Shown: positions 12,662 to 27,500, counted from the first letter of the stretch. The stretch: DNA of 64,000 nucleotides from Piromyces finnis finn (GCA_002104945.1 MCFH01000039.1:124001-188000); one strand, 5' to 3'. Program-made: numbers and translations. The notes: generated by a model not told the origin, from the letters alone.

Positions 12662-14584
12662 ATGAAACAATATTTTATATTTAATTTTACGTATTAAAAT
12701 AAACAAAAAAAAAGGAAACTTTTTTAATGGATAATTACAATAATCTAATTAATGATAAAAGAAAATATTAATAATGAATGTTTCCTTTACCATTCTAATA
12801 GATAATTATATAGATTCATATGAGAAATAACGAAATACCCAATATTATTATACATTTCAAAATTATGGTTAATTATATATATGTGTAATTTTTACGTTAT
12901 TAATAAAGTATAATGAATATCAAAATGAATTTGAAACTTGAAACAAGCTCTACAATTAGTCAAAAATCAAGCTAGGAAAATTGAGTTTGACTTTATTATG
13001 GGGATGATTGTTTTAGATTTTTTTTGGTTTTTTGGAACAAACCCTGAATTAAAAAAAAAAAAAAAAAAAAAAAAAGGTTATGGAAACAAGCCCAATAAAT
13101 ATCATAGTATTTAGAAATAAGCAATTTTATTTATATTTTAGTAATTCATCATATGTTAAACTAGTAACATATTAACATATAACTTTTATATATATAAATA
13201 TCAATATAACAGCAAATATATATATGATATTTAAAAAATATAAAATTCATTTTAAATGCATAGTTTTATAAAAATCGTTAAATCATATACATCGTAAAAA
13301 AATTAAAGAAATCATCATTAAATAAAAAAAAAAGAATAAATAAATAATAAAAAGAAAAATATTACTATTTTAGTGTTGTAATTGTTTTCATTATATTTTT
13401 TTACAAAAATAATTTTTATCAGAACATTGTACCCTTTTGAGCATTTACATATAAATACAAATAAGATAAATACTCGTCAATGATTTTATAATTATAGAAT
13501 TGGTTTCATTTTTTAAAGGAATAAGTGATAAGAGTTATTATATATTTTTATATTACTATTCAAACCAACGTCTTAATATGAAAAAAAAAAAAAAAAAAAA
13601 AAAAAAGGTATTGCTAATGTTTTTATTACCATAATGAATTTATGTATATTAATCATATTATCATATGATGAATCATATGATATAAATATCACAAGATTTT
13701 TTCTATCCTTAATTATTTATTTAATTATTTATCTTTCATTCATTTATTTAATTTATAATATTTAAAATTATCCAATAAAGAATTAATGGATCATAAAATA
13801 AAATATGGAAAAACTTTTTAAATAAAATGGAAAAATAAATAAATAAATAAAATATAAAATAAAATAAAAAAAAAGTCAACTTTTTTAAAGTTAAACAAGA
13901 GAAAGAAAACACAAAAAAAGCAAAATAAAATAAAAACTTTTCTTTTTATAAATCATTAAATAAAAAAAAAAAGAAAGATTAAAATAATTCTAAAAAGTTT
14001 TATATATAAAAAGATAAATATTATATATATATAAAAGAAAATTAAAAAAAAAAAAAAAAGGAAAATGTTAATACTTTAATACTACTACTACTACTACTAC
14101 GAAGAGAAAGTGAATAAAGTTATAAATTAAAAAAAAAAAAAAAAAAAAGAAAGGAAAAAAGAAAAAAGGAAAAAGGAAAATATATATATATATATATACC
14201 TAAAATAATTTGAAATATACAAAAATTGTAGGTTTTATTTTTCAATTATAATAATAATTTATCGTTTTAATTCTAATTATTCTAAAGGATGAAAAATAAT
14301 AGTATCATTCATAATAATTGATATCATTAATCATATATCCTTTATATTATATAAACATATATCAGGATTTATACATCTATCGATTTTAATCATATACCAT
14401 AAATTAATATTAAAAAGAAAGAAAGAAAGAAAAAGCAAGATATTGAGTTATATATGCAAATTAAATTACTACTGTACATAATTTCACAATTATAATAATT
14501 AATAAATCCTATTTTTTTTTTACATCACAAATTGTATTAAAATATATAACTCTTAATTCAAAAAAAAAAAAAAAAAAAAAAAAA

Positions 14585-17500
14585 ATGAGACTTTTATCTA
14601 TAAGTAAATGTACCTATTTAATTTTCATTTAAATATTAATAAAATAAATAGGTTTAATGAAAGAAAATTTTTAATATCATTATCAAATAAATTTCAAATA
14701 TTAATAATTTTTTAAAAAAAATTATCTATTTCATATATGATAATAATAATAATAACATTGGTACTTTAATAGGTCTTTTAATAGCATCTACTGCATTTAA
14801 TTTTTCATATGCAAATGAAAATGAAAAAGATATACGAAATCAATCTGGTATTTTATCAATTATCTTTAAAATTTATTTATGAACCATTTAAAATTAAATA
14901 ATAATAATAATTAATGAATAAATTGTTTTATATATATATATATATATTTAAAAAATTCTATAATTAAAATGAAATTTAACTTGTCGATTTAAAAGAAATT
15001 ATATTTGATTCAACATTAAACGTATTAAAAAGTTTCCCTAATACTACATATGTTGATACTAGATCATTTTTGGAAAAGAAATTTCATAGATTCCCAGGAG
15101 TTTTAAATCATTTACATCTCAATAATATTATAGAAGCAAAAAAAAAGGAAAAAAATGATATCTTTAATATTATTCTCGATAAAAGTAAAATAGAAACCCT
15201 ACCTGTAATACAAGATAAGGATAAATTACCTGAAAAACGTCTCAAAGCTCATAGAATATTAGAATATTTAGGAATAAAAAATAAATATGGAAAAGCGTTA
15301 TTAAAACTTGCAGATATATATTTTGTAATTATAGATTTAATATTTATTATTAATATTAATAGTAAAAAAAAATGAACTATATATATATAAAAAAAGCAGA
15401 GTAATATAAATGATAATAACTTTTAAAAAAAAAAACTTTTTTATTTTATATATTTATTTTTATTATTCAATATTCAAATACTTAATAAATACAATAACAA
15501 CTCTATGACTACAATAATTATTGAAACCTATTATATATACTACTTTATAATAAAAAAAAAAAAAAAGTATGGTTATTATGGTTATGAACAAAATATTGAT
15601 AAAGCTTTTCAACTATATCAATTTTTAGCTGATGAAATGGGAAATCCTCAAGCTCAACAAAAAATTGGTTTCATATATTCAATAGGTTTAGGAAGTATTA
15701 AAAGAGATCAAGCCAAAGTATGAAATTATAACAATAATTTTCAACACTAATTATAATTGATATAAATTAGAGAAATATAAATACACTTTTATTTATATTA
15801 AATATTCATCATTAATATAAATAACGTTGAACGTTGTATCTTTTTTTAATTCATAATAAAAAAAATATTAAATATTTTTTTTTATTTATTTATTTATTTA
15901 TTTATATATTAAATAATTCATTTTCAACAAGGCATTATTATACTTATCCTTTGCAGCAATGAATAATGATATTTCATCTCAAATGGCTATCGGTTATCGT
16001 TATTTATTCGGTATTAGTACTGAAAGAAATTGTGATGAAGCGGTCTGGTATTATAGAAAAATTGCTGATGAAAGTAAATATTTCATAAATTAAATGAAGA
16101 TAACTGGATTTTTAGTTTAATTCAATAATTATTTAGAAGAAAGAAAAAAAAAATTACAATTGAATATTCATTAATAAATATATAAAATTATTCTTTTTAT
16201 ATTTATAAATATTTCAAATTTTTAATTTTTTTCCTTTTTTTTTTATCAGTGGTAAAAATTCAACAATCTGGACCACCATTAGGTCGTCTCTTACCTTCAC
16301 CAAAAATTAGTGCCTATGAAGAAGATGGAGGTATCTTTGGAAAAGGAGCAAGTAATGTCATTGGTAGACCAATTGATGAAGCTAAAGGTGGTGCTGATAT
16401 TTCTGAAACAGAACTTCATCAACTCTACAAATATATTGAAGAAAATGAAAAGCATAATCCAAATAAACAGGTAAAAATATTAATATATATACAATTACTA
16501 TAATGTTAAAATATATAAATATATATTAACGTTAGCAATTAAAGACAGCAATAAAAATAATACCTAAGTATTGTTGTTATTGTTTGTTGTTAAAAGTTTT
16601 ATAAACAAGTCTCATTAAATAATGATAAATAAATTATTAAAAGATAAATTTATTCGAAAAAAATGTTTTTTAAAATATTTTCATATTTATATATAGGTAT
16701 TAATCGCTTTAAATTACTATCAAGGAACTCCTCCAATTAAAAAGAATTTCAAAAAAGCTCTCAAAATATTCAAAGTAGCTGCTCGTCACCTACCTGAAGA
16801 AATCTATAAATCTGACAATATTGAAATTACCGAAAAGGATTTGGAATTTATTCCAACCAATAATAAAATAAAAGCTGCTGCTAAAGCTGCTGCTTTTGTT
16901 GGTCAAATGTATTGGAGAGGTGAAGGTGTGGAACCAAATGAAGTTGAAGCTCGTAAATGGTATCAACGTAGTGCAAAATTGGTAAGATTTCTTTTTAATA
17001 TAATTAAACAGATTAAAAAAAAAAAAAAAAAAGAGGGAAAAAGCTTTTAAGATAATAACTACATATATTTTCAACAATAAATTATTATTTACATAATTGA
17101 AAATAATTTAATAAATATACCAATATATTAACCTTATTCCCTTTCTTCTTAACCTCCTTCACTTTTCATATTGATAATATAGGGTTATAGTGCTGCAATT
17201 AATGCTTTGGGTGTCATGTATCAATATGGCTATGGTCAATTAAAACAAGTAATATATATATACATTATATATATTATTTATTTAAATTGAAAATTTTAAT
17301 TTTTAAAATATATATATATATATGTATATATTAACTAATTCATTTACTAAATATATATTATCAATATCATTTATTTTATTTTATATTAAACCTTTTTAGG
17401 ATGAAGATTTAGCAATAAAATATTTCATTGCTTCATCCAATAAAGGTAATCCAGATGCCCAAACTAATTTAGGTAGTATTCTCGCTGAATCTGATATTGT

Positions 17501-19351
17501 AGAAAACAAAATTAGTGCCTTTAATCTTTTCCAACAAGCTTCTAAAACTGGTAATATTGTAGCCTCATACAAATTAGCATCCTTTTATATGGCAGGTGAA
17601 ATTGTTGCAGAGCAATGTGTTTTTGCAGCTTCTCTCTACAAAACCATTGCTGAACGTGCTAGTTATTATGATGAATTATTTGAAGAAGCAAAAATGGATC
17701 TTAGACGTCGTAATTATGATGCTGCACTTCTCAAGTATATTATACTATCAGAACAAGGTTATGAAATAGCCCAAAGTAATGCCGCTTATTTAATTGATGA
17801 AGGTATGAATACATCTTTTTATATATATATATATATCAAGAATATTTATTAAACTTAACCATACAATGAATCATTTTAATTTCATTCCTATATATATCAA
17901 TATAATTCTATATTAATATCCAATAAAATACCTACAATTTTTTTTTTGTTTTTTTTACCATTTTATTTTTTATTCTAATTTCCTTTATAATTTTTTTTTT
18001 TTTTTACCATTATATTTTTTATTCTAATTTTTTTTATTTATTTATTTATTTATTTAGGTCTTGCTTCCATAAATTCACTCTTTTATAATGAACAAAATCC
18101 ATATTCAATAGCCTTAGTTTATTGGAAACGTTCTGCTAATCAAATGAATCCTGATGCTAGAGTTAAAGTAGGAGATTATTATTTCTATGGTTTAGGTACA
18201 GATGAATTTATGGAAGAAGAAGTTACTGAAAGTGATGATAGTAGTTCTGATGATGATAATGATGATGATAATGATGATGAAGATAATAAATTAGAAAATC
18301 AAGAAGGTGAAGAATCCACCACAACTGAAAAAAAGGATGATAAAAAGCATGAAGCCGGAACTACAGAAATGGATGAAAGTACTCGTCATGAAATTAAGAA
18401 TAGTATGCTTCGTTTTTCACAAAAAATTGCAGGAAGTCTTTATGGTAAACAAGGTACACCTGACTATTCCATTGCCTTTAGTTATTATCAAGCTGCAGCA
18501 GATAATGAAAAAAGTTCTCTTGCTATGTGGAATTTAGCCTTTATGTATGAATATGGTATTGGAGTTAAAAAGGTAAAAGAAAAGAACAGAAAAGGAATAA
18601 TAATAATAACTAGCATAATAATGATAATAAGCATAATCATAAATTATTCTGATAATAAAATAAATATACATACAAGAATAAGAATATATGATAATAATGA
18701 TGATTAATTATTTTTTTTTTCTTTATTTTAATATAATATATATATATTAATTCTTTCTTTTTTTTTTTTTTTTTTTTTTTTGCCTGTATTATATAGGATT
18801 TATTCTTAGCTAAAAGATATTACGATCGTTCTTTAGAAATCAATCCATTTGCCTCTACACCTATTAAACTTGCCCTCTATAAACTTAATTTAAAGGTTCA
18901 AATTCATAATATAAAATGTCAATTAACACACCGAGAAGATGAAATGATTAATTTCAAGGAAGATAAAGAAGGTACAGATAATAAGATTAATTTTGATGAT
19001 GGTGATGATGAAACCAGTAAAGGTATTAATGAACGTATTAAGCAAAGTTTCAAAGATAAGCATGGTCAAAATGAAAAGGAATTAACTTTGAGTGAAAAAC
19101 TTTTAAAGAGTATGGAAATTGATAAGGAAACCAAACTTATTCTTACCAGTTTTCTTTTTAAATTCTTGTTGGGTTATGGTGTAGGTTATATTATTTATGC
19201 TATTTTCCATTATCGACAACATAGAAGATTCCCAACAGTTCGTTTTAGTTTAGTTGTCTTATACCTTTTCTTATTTTCTGCTTGTATAGGAACTATGCTT
19301 TCTAATATACAAGAAGAATTACAAAGACGACTTCAGCTACCACATCATTAA
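14585..19351 (+). CDS. HRD3: ERAD component Hrd3/SEL1L (Sel1-repeat ER membrane protein), multi-exon
   Basis: Spliced signal peptide (MRLLSISLLIASTAFNFSYA) and multiple Sel1 repeats (GNPQAQQKIGFIYSIG, YWRGEGVEPNEVEARKWY, GYEIAQSNAAYL, ARVKVGDYYFYGLG, AMWNLAFMYEYGIGV). Acidic insertion and C-terminal TM segments. Confidence 0.9.
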
Positions 19352-19969
19352 AATGAAATCACTAAAAAAAACGAAAAAAAAAAATTTCATTTTTCATTTC
19401 AATTTTTTTTTTTTTTTTAATTTTATATCTTTTTTACTCTTTTTTACACCTTTTCATTTTCTTCCTCTCTTCTTCTTTTTATTTATTAATTAATTATTCT
19501 TTTCTCTTTATTTTTTTTTTCTTTTCTTTTTCTTTCTCTTTTTTTTTTTTTTTATTCATAAACTATAATTAATATAGGTCTATACATAGTTTTTTTTTTT
19601 TTAAAATTATTAATAATATACACACACATTATATATTTTATTCTCTAATTACAAATTAAAAAAATAAAAATAAAATAAGAAATTAAAAACAATAATAAAA
19701 TAATTAAAAGCAATACAAACAAATATAAAAAAAAAAAAAAGAGAGAAAGAAAATAAACAAGAAAAGAAAAAAGTAAAAGTAAAAAAAAAAAAAAAAAAAA
19801 GAAAAGCAAGTATTAAACCAAATAAAAAATAATAATATTATTAAATAAAATAACAAATATATATAAATACATTTATACAATTCAAAATATGTTTGTATTC
19901 TAATTTCCTTTTTTTCATGATAAAACTTTTTATAAAAAGAAAAAGTTGCCTTTTTCACATTTCCTCATT

Positions 19970-20004
<35 letters not shown>

Positions 20005-20131
20005 CTTATTTATTTATTCATTCATTCATTTATTTAGTTAGTTAGTTTATTTATTTATGTATTTATTTAGTTTATTTATTTATGTATTTATTTATTCACT
20101 TATTTATTTAGTTAGTTAGTTAGTTAGTTAG

Positions 20132-20222
<91 letters not shown>
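19970..20222. repeat. Compound (TTTA)/(TTAG)/(TTCA) microsatellite
   Basis: Visible runs between HRD3 and MED9; same unit types as 4640-4908. Confidence 0.9.
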
Positions 20223-20223
<1 letters not shown>

Positions 20224-20397
20224 TTTTTTAATTAAAAAAATCTTTTTTTTTTATATAATTACACTTTTTTTAAAAATATTTTTATCCATTTTAAAATTTC
20301 ATCAACAAAGAGAGAAATTTTATTTAAAAAATCACCCAATTTATTTATTTATTATAGGTTAATTTGTATTTAAAGCATTTATAAAAGCTAATTTAAA

Positions 20398-21264
20398 ATG
20401 TCTAAACAAAATAATAACATTATTAATAAAGAAGATTTTTCTTTTCTTCCAACTATTCTTAGTATTTTTGAAAAAATAAATTCAGAAAATATGAAGGATA
20501 CTCAAGCAATAAAAAAAATAGTAAAAAAAAAAAAAACATTATCTTTTAATATATATATATATATAATAATATATAATAATTATAAAAGAAGAGAAAATAT
20601 TAACATAATCTTTATATATATATTAATAAAAAAAAAAAAGTCTATAAATTTATTAGAACACATTGAAGAATGTAAAACAAAAGTTAATAATTTACCAGGT
20701 ATTGAAAATTCCAATATTGAACAATTAAATAAATATGATGAAGAAATTAAAGTTGTTAATCAAAGAAGGTATACTAGTATATAGTAATAATATTTCTTTT
20801 TTCGTTACTTTCAATTTCTATGTACAAATGTCAAATTAATATTTTTATTAATTTATAAAAATGTATATACATATTTTCAATTTTAATAATAATTCACTTC
20901 TTTCTTAAACTAAAAATGGATATTACTATAAAAAAAAATACATAAAAATAAAAACAGAAAGCAATTTATAGACTATTTAAACATGCCAATATTTAAAAAA
21001 TTTTATAGTGAAGAAGGAATAAAAAAACAAAATGAATTAATTTCCATTCAAAAACGTTTAGAAGCTATTGATAAAGAAAAGATAGCAGATATAAAAAAGA
21101 GAACTAGGGATACCATGGAAGTTGATACTGAATCCTCTACAAAAAAAACAAAAGTTGAATCTGAAGCAACAGAAACTACATCATCTACTTCAGAGACTAA
21201 AGTAGAAATAAAACAAGATACTTCCACAGATATAAAAACTGAAATCAATACCAACACTATATAA
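20398..21264 (+). CDS. MED9: Mediator subunit Med9-like, 3 exons, with a Thr/Glu/Lys-rich C-terminal extension
   Basis: DFSFLPTILSIFEKI..KTKVNNLPGIENSNIEQL.. resembles the Med9 FLP..I / MPGI..S.E.Q motifs; introns ~20521-20640 and ~20769-20958. Confidence 0.7.
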
Positions 21265-22208
21265 AAAATAAATATTATAAATTATACATTTAAAAATTTA
21301 CAATGTTTATAGGTACCTTACCAAAAGAAAGAAAGAAAGAAAAAAGCATTTACATTTAATATATATTTCAAAATCCGTCAATAATTCCAAGATAATTTCA
21401 TATTAATATAAAAAACTCTAAATTAACTCTTTCACAAGACATTAGATATTTAAGCCATCACAAATTTTATCAACTCATACTTTTTTTTTATTACTTTAAA
21501 GCAAATACATACTCATAAAATAAAAAAAAAATTAACTATTTATTAGACTTTAAAAGTTTAACCAAATAAACGAAAAAAAAAAAAAAAAAAAAGAATATGT
21601 TCTCTATTAATATATATGAGCTTTTTAGTATTACTATTATTAGTAAGTAGTAGTAGTAGTATTATGACTTTGTATACTAACTATCGTACATCTCTCAAAA
21701 TAAATACTTCTCCTCTCAAATATAGTTTATAAACATTATCAAATATAGATAATGAAAAAAAAAAATAATAAATTTAATATCCTATTTTTTTCATATTTTA
21801 TACAAACATAAAACATGCCTTTAAAGTACTTTTTATAAGTTATCCCTTGTAAATAATTTCCAATATTTCATGTTTTTTTCTAATTTATAGAAAGAAAGAA
21901 AATTTCTTTTTTAAAGAAAAAAAAACAATATATTTAAATTGTCACTCTTTTTCTTCTTCTTCTTCTTCTTAAAATTATATCTTTTTGTTCTGTTATTATT
22001 ATTATTTTTAGTTTTTATTATTTCATTTTAATTTATATTTTCAAATTTTCATGAATAGTTTTATTATCATTATTATTATTATTATTATTAATTCTTGTTT
22101 ATTTTTATATTGGAATCCTTTTTTCAAAAAATAAAAAAATAAATATCTATTTTTAAAAAATTTAATCATTATTGAATTAACTTGTTTCTTTGGTTATTTT
22201 GATCTTTC

Positions 22209-22244
<36 letters not shown>

Positions 22245-22417
22245 TCTTTTAAAAATAATTCTAATAATTATTTTTGTTTTATATTATTATGCATTGCTTA
22301 TTTAAAAATATAATATTTTTATAATCTATGGTTTAAAACTCTGATTAAAAAAAAAAAAAAAAAGATATTTTGTTATAATTATTAATAAAGTTTTCTTTGA
22401 GAAATGAATCTATTAAA

Positions 22418-22939
22418 TTACTTCTTTCCCTTGTTCTTTGGTTGCCAATCCTTTAAGGAACGTTCAATATTTTTCCAGTATCTTAATTTTATAGTTTCAT
22501 TTTGAGCAGCTTCCCAAACTTCAGCTTGGAAAAATATAGAAAGATTTCTTATGGCGAGATCAATTCTTGCTGTGAAATATGATAATAATAATTTAGTTAA
22601 TAATATAAAATAAATTAATAAATCATCATAATTTCATATCTCAAGAATATAAGGATATTTCATTAAGGTGTTATCAATAATAATAATTTTACCTTCATTT
22701 TCAGAAAAGATGTCTTCAATATCTTCAATGCATTCAGCATTATCAATAAATTCATTAATAGTCATAATTTCCATTAAGAATTCAACATTATTATTAAGAG
22801 TTTCACTTTCTTCGGTTGGATGACCTAAAAGAGTTAACTTTTTTTTTTGAGGAAGAAAAAAAGGAATAGGATGAGAGAAAGATAAAAAAAAATATAATAA
22901 AATATTATTATTAATACCATAATTTAACATCGAATAAAA

Positions 22940-22971
<32 letters not shown>

Positions 22972-23826
22972 ATTACAAGATAAGTAGCACGGTCTAATGG
23001 TTCAACTAAGCAATGATAGGCCTTATTAAGGTATGAGGATTGTTGTTCAGAATATTCTTTTTCCTTCTTTTAAATGTTAAATTAATAAAAAAAAAACAAT
23101 TAGAATATATATAATATATAATATATATTATTTATAATGTTCATAATAATATTTTGAAATATAATATATTCATATATGATTCTGAAAATGTAATGTAATT
23201 TATCATACATCAGATTTGGTAGAGTAATTATCTGGATGAACAGCTTGTTGAAGCTTTAAAAATTTAGCTTTTAAACTTTTTAAATCAATATCGAAACTTC
23301 TTTGACTATTATTAAATAGAGAATGAGGCATATAAAATAATTAATATGAAATTATATTTATTACAAAAAAAAAATATATATATATATATATTATCAATTT
23401 TAGAAATTCACTTTTTTTTTAAAAAAAAAAATATTTTCTTTTTCCTTTTTTAACTTACATTCCGAATATACTAAAATAGTCAACTCCTCGACTTAAATTT
23501 TGAACAGTTTTACATTTTTCACAGAAAATAGCTTCAATCTTGTTATCAGCATCACATTTCCAACATTTTTTATTGGTTGGAGTAGAGTAAAATCTTTGTT
23601 GTTGAGATTTAAAACAAGTATTGGAAAAAGCTAAAGCTTCCTTACATTGTGAAAAATAATTGTTTAAAGAAGTATTTAACTTGACACCAGATTGAGTTGA
23701 AAGAGAATGGTAGTTATTTTTAAGACTGAAATTTCTAGCAATACCACAATGATGGCCAGATGTTAAAGCTGGTAAAACATTTTTAATACTTTTAAGACTT
23801 TGTTGTTGTTGTTGTATTAAAGACAT
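22418..23826 (-). CDS. HSC20: Fe-S cluster co-chaperone HscB/HSC20/Jac1 with organellar presequence
   Basis: Presequence ending QRFYST; CWKC..CEKC motif; J-domain (DYFSIF, LQQAVHPD); LNKAYHCLVEPLDRATY; C-terminal KLRYWKNIERSLKDW..GKK*. Confidence 0.92.
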
Positions 23827-24109
23827 TTTCTTTTTTAACTATTCAATTCCTTGATAAATTTTAAAATTTTTGTTAGATTTTAACTTTTTTAAAATTCAAA
23901 TTAAAGAAAAAAAAAATTAAAATAAAAATTTTTTTTTTTATAAATTCGGAAGGAGTGGAAAAAAATTTTTATATTAAAAAAATTCTTTTTTTTTTATGGT
24001 AAAAAAAAGCGAATTTTTAAAAAAGAAATGCCCATTGACCATGAGACATGGATATAATCATGTATTTATAGTTAAGTAATCATAGGCATGATGCTATTAA
24101 TAATTGGTA

Positions 24110-24556
24110 ATAGTAATCGGTAATCGGTAATAGTAATCGGTAATAGTAATAGTAATCGGTAATAGTAATAGTAATAGTAATAGTAATAGTAATAGTAATA
24201 GTAATAGTAATAGTAATAGTAATAGTAATAGTAATAGTAATAGTAATAGTAATAGTAATAGTAATAGTAATAGTAATAGTAATAGTAATAGTAATAGTAA
24301 TAGTAATAGTAATAGTAATAGTAATAGTAATAGTAATAGTAATAGTAATAGTAATAGTAATAGTAATAGTAATAGTAATAGTAATAGTAATAGTAATAGT
24401 AATAGTAATAGTAATAGTAATAGTAATAGTAATAGTAATAGTAATAGTAATAGTAATAGTAATAGTAATAGTAATAGTAATAGTAATAGTAATAGTAATA
24501 GTAATAGTAATAGTAATAGTAATAGTAATAGTAATAGTAATAGTAATAGTAATAGC
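24110..24556. repeat. (TAATAG)n hexanucleotide microsatellite, roughly 65-70 units, with TAATCGG variant units at the left edge
   Basis: Directly visible; explains the spurious poly-Leu ORF 24097-24687. Confidence 0.98.
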
Positions 24557-27500
24557 AATCGGTAATTAGAATTAGAATGGTAATCAGAATAATTAGAATA
24601 ATCCTTTTTCACATAGGAATATAAATCCACTCGCGATATTTTAAAATGTTGGTAAAGTATTGATATATGGTCACAATAACAAATCAAAAAAAGTTTTTAT
24701 TAGTAAGAAAAAGTTGATTTTATTCTTATTCCGATTATCCGATTATACTATTACTATGTCTACTAATATTAATGTATTAGGAGCACTAAATTAGTAGGAT
24801 GAGTATAAATTATTAATATGAGTATTAGTATGAATATCAGAGTATTACCGATTACTATTACTATCATTATTCTAATCATTATTACACATATATCCATATT
24901 CATTTACATATATTATTCTTTTCCTTTTACGAATCATTTTTATAATGTTTATTTCTTTATTTTAATATTTATTATTCTCTTTCTTTTGGTGTTATAGAAA
25001 AAAATTCTTTTTTAATTTCATGTTTACAAAAAGAAATGAATATAATTAATATTGGTAAATAAAGAAATAAAATCATAAACGCTCTATTCAAATATACACA
25101 CAATGAATGTATCATAAAATACTTGAATATATATAACTTTAATATTATTAGGAATACTTTTTGCATCAAGTCTAATACAACTTTTTTTTTTATTAAAAAA
25201 ATATATTTAATCTTTCAGTTCCATTCTCTTTTATATTCTAAATTTCTTTATTTACAATAACTTCAACCTTTAATCAACCTCTAATTGAAAAGGCTTCTTC
25301 CTTTCAAAGTTTTCAGCAAAGCAAAGCTCCTATTATTAAGGGTTAGAATATTAAAAGAAGATGTTTTTCCGTTGCTGGAAGTTTTGGCTTGAATATTTTA
25401 AAGAAACCAGAGTTTGTTAGGTTTCATGTGCTAATGATGATTGGCTAAAATTAAATGAACGTTTTAAAAATAAAATTAAACAATTCAATTTATATATATT
25501 AACAGTATATTGCAATATATTATAATAGTAATTGAAAATTTAAAAAAAGTGGAAAAGTGACATTAAACCTGAAAAAAAGGTAAAGTGTAAAATGAAAGAA
25601 AAGAAGAAAGAAATATTAAAAAGCTGGAAAATAATTAAAAATGAAATGAATTTAATATTCATATTTATGGTATAAATCTTTTCAAAGGATTCTACCGTAC
25701 ATTTTTTAACATTTTATTAGTAAAAGAGGGAAAAAAAATTTAAAGTTGAATTTAATTCTTTTCCTTAGTACTTAATATTTATTATACCTAACTCACTTTT
25801 TCATTGGCATGGTAATGACTAAAACAATTATTACAATGTGATTTTTAATATATAAAAAAACAATTACAAATAAAGTAGTATTAAAAATAAAAGAAAAACG
25901 TAATGGGGAATATGCTATAAATGATGTTTTTTTTTAAAGAAATAGAGCTTTACAAAGTTTATAGCTTTCATACCATTATTATTACTTGTATCTTTAATTA
26001 TATCTTAACACTTATTTATTAAATACAATTTCATTTTTTTTAAATATAAATGCTATTCCAACTCTTTTTTTTCATATACCTTTTCCTTTCTCTTTCTTCT
26101 TTTCTCTTTAAATACTTTCTTATTTTGTCTTTTTTTTTTAAAAAAGCTTTTTTATAGTGTTTGCTTCTTTTTCAAGTTTGCTTTTTGTTATTAATTAAAA
26201 TATCCTTTTTAAGAAGATTTTCTATAAAAGGAAAGATTCATTAAACATTCAAACTTTAATTAATATAAAATTAATTAAAAATTAATTAAATAAAATTATA
26301 CCAAAAATTAAAAATAAAAGAAAAAGCAACCAGAAAAAGCCAAAAAAAATTAACAAAAGCCAATAACAACCAGCAACAACCAACAATCGTTAATACTAGT
26401 TGATTTTAAAAAAAATAAACTATATTTTTTTTAATTAGAACTTTTTTTTGTTTGTTGTTTGTTTATAATTTTATTTTTTACTGGAATCTTTTTTACAATA
26501 AAATTTCACCCTTTCCTTAATATTGAATTGATTAAAAAATTAATTATTTATATTATACACCACATATTATAGTATATTGTAATATATTGATAATTAAATT
26601 AAATAATCATGTATTACATTACATTATTGTATTATATTTATTGTTTAGTTTAATTTTTCAAACATGTAACAAAATCTTGTATTTAAAACAATATATACAA
26701 TACAATATATTATTATATATTAAATTTATATGAAATCAATACTTTTAATATATTGTTGAATAAATTAATTGATTTAACGATAGTCAATATATCATAAACT
26801 TTAATAAATAATAATTTGGCTTTGTCAAATTTAATACGATCGTTATCATAGTACAATATAAACTACAATATAATACAATATATTGTAATATATGAACAAT
26901 ATATTATTTATATACTTTGTTATTAAATTTTTAATTTTTAATTTATTATGGAAAAAGTTGCATTACACAACACAAAAGGTTAGGTTATTACCAAAAGTTT
27001 ATTACTAGTAAAAACAGTGAAAGTACCAAGAAGTTTGAAGAAGCCTAAAAACAAGAAAAAGAAAGGGAATAAAAGTGGTTTAAATCATAAAAAATTCTAC
27101 TTTGCCTTAGCTATGGGTTATGGTCGTCTAACAAAAAAACTTTAATGCTTTTGACTTTTTATTATGCCTTTCATTCTTTTTTTTTTTTTTTGCTGTTGTT
27201 TTCTGTATAATTTATTGTAAATTTTTAATTTTCATTTTTTAATTTATTTTATTATTAAATAATGTCATCGAAATTAATTCATTTTTTAATGGAATAAAAA
27301 TCAACAAATTAATGAATAAATTATTAATAAACTAAATAAATTATTAATTAAATAAATGAATAACTAAATAAATAATTAATAAATATATAAAAGATAAATT
27401 TTTTTTTTTTTTTCTATTTTTCTATTTATAATTATAATTTATAGTCAATTAGTCATTTACCACGTTCATTGACTACGTACAAGATATAGAGTTTCTTTTT

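Larger units (their letters stand above)
5100..12870 (+). repeat. Tandem array of ~2.25-kb units (4 gene copies, 3 near-identical spacers)
   Basis: ATGs at 5256, 7501, 9753 and 12003 (periods 2245, 2252, 2250). Spacers differ mainly in homopolymer length plus a few SNPs in spacer 1. The unit 4 3' region is diverged but alignable to ~12870. Confidence 0.97.

Noticed and set aside
12930-13050. Short open frame QALQLVKNQARKIEFDFIMG.. after the array
   Set aside because: No start, splice context or recognisable homology.
24097-24687. 196-aa poly-Leu ORF
   Set aside because: Translation of the (TAATAG)n microsatellite.
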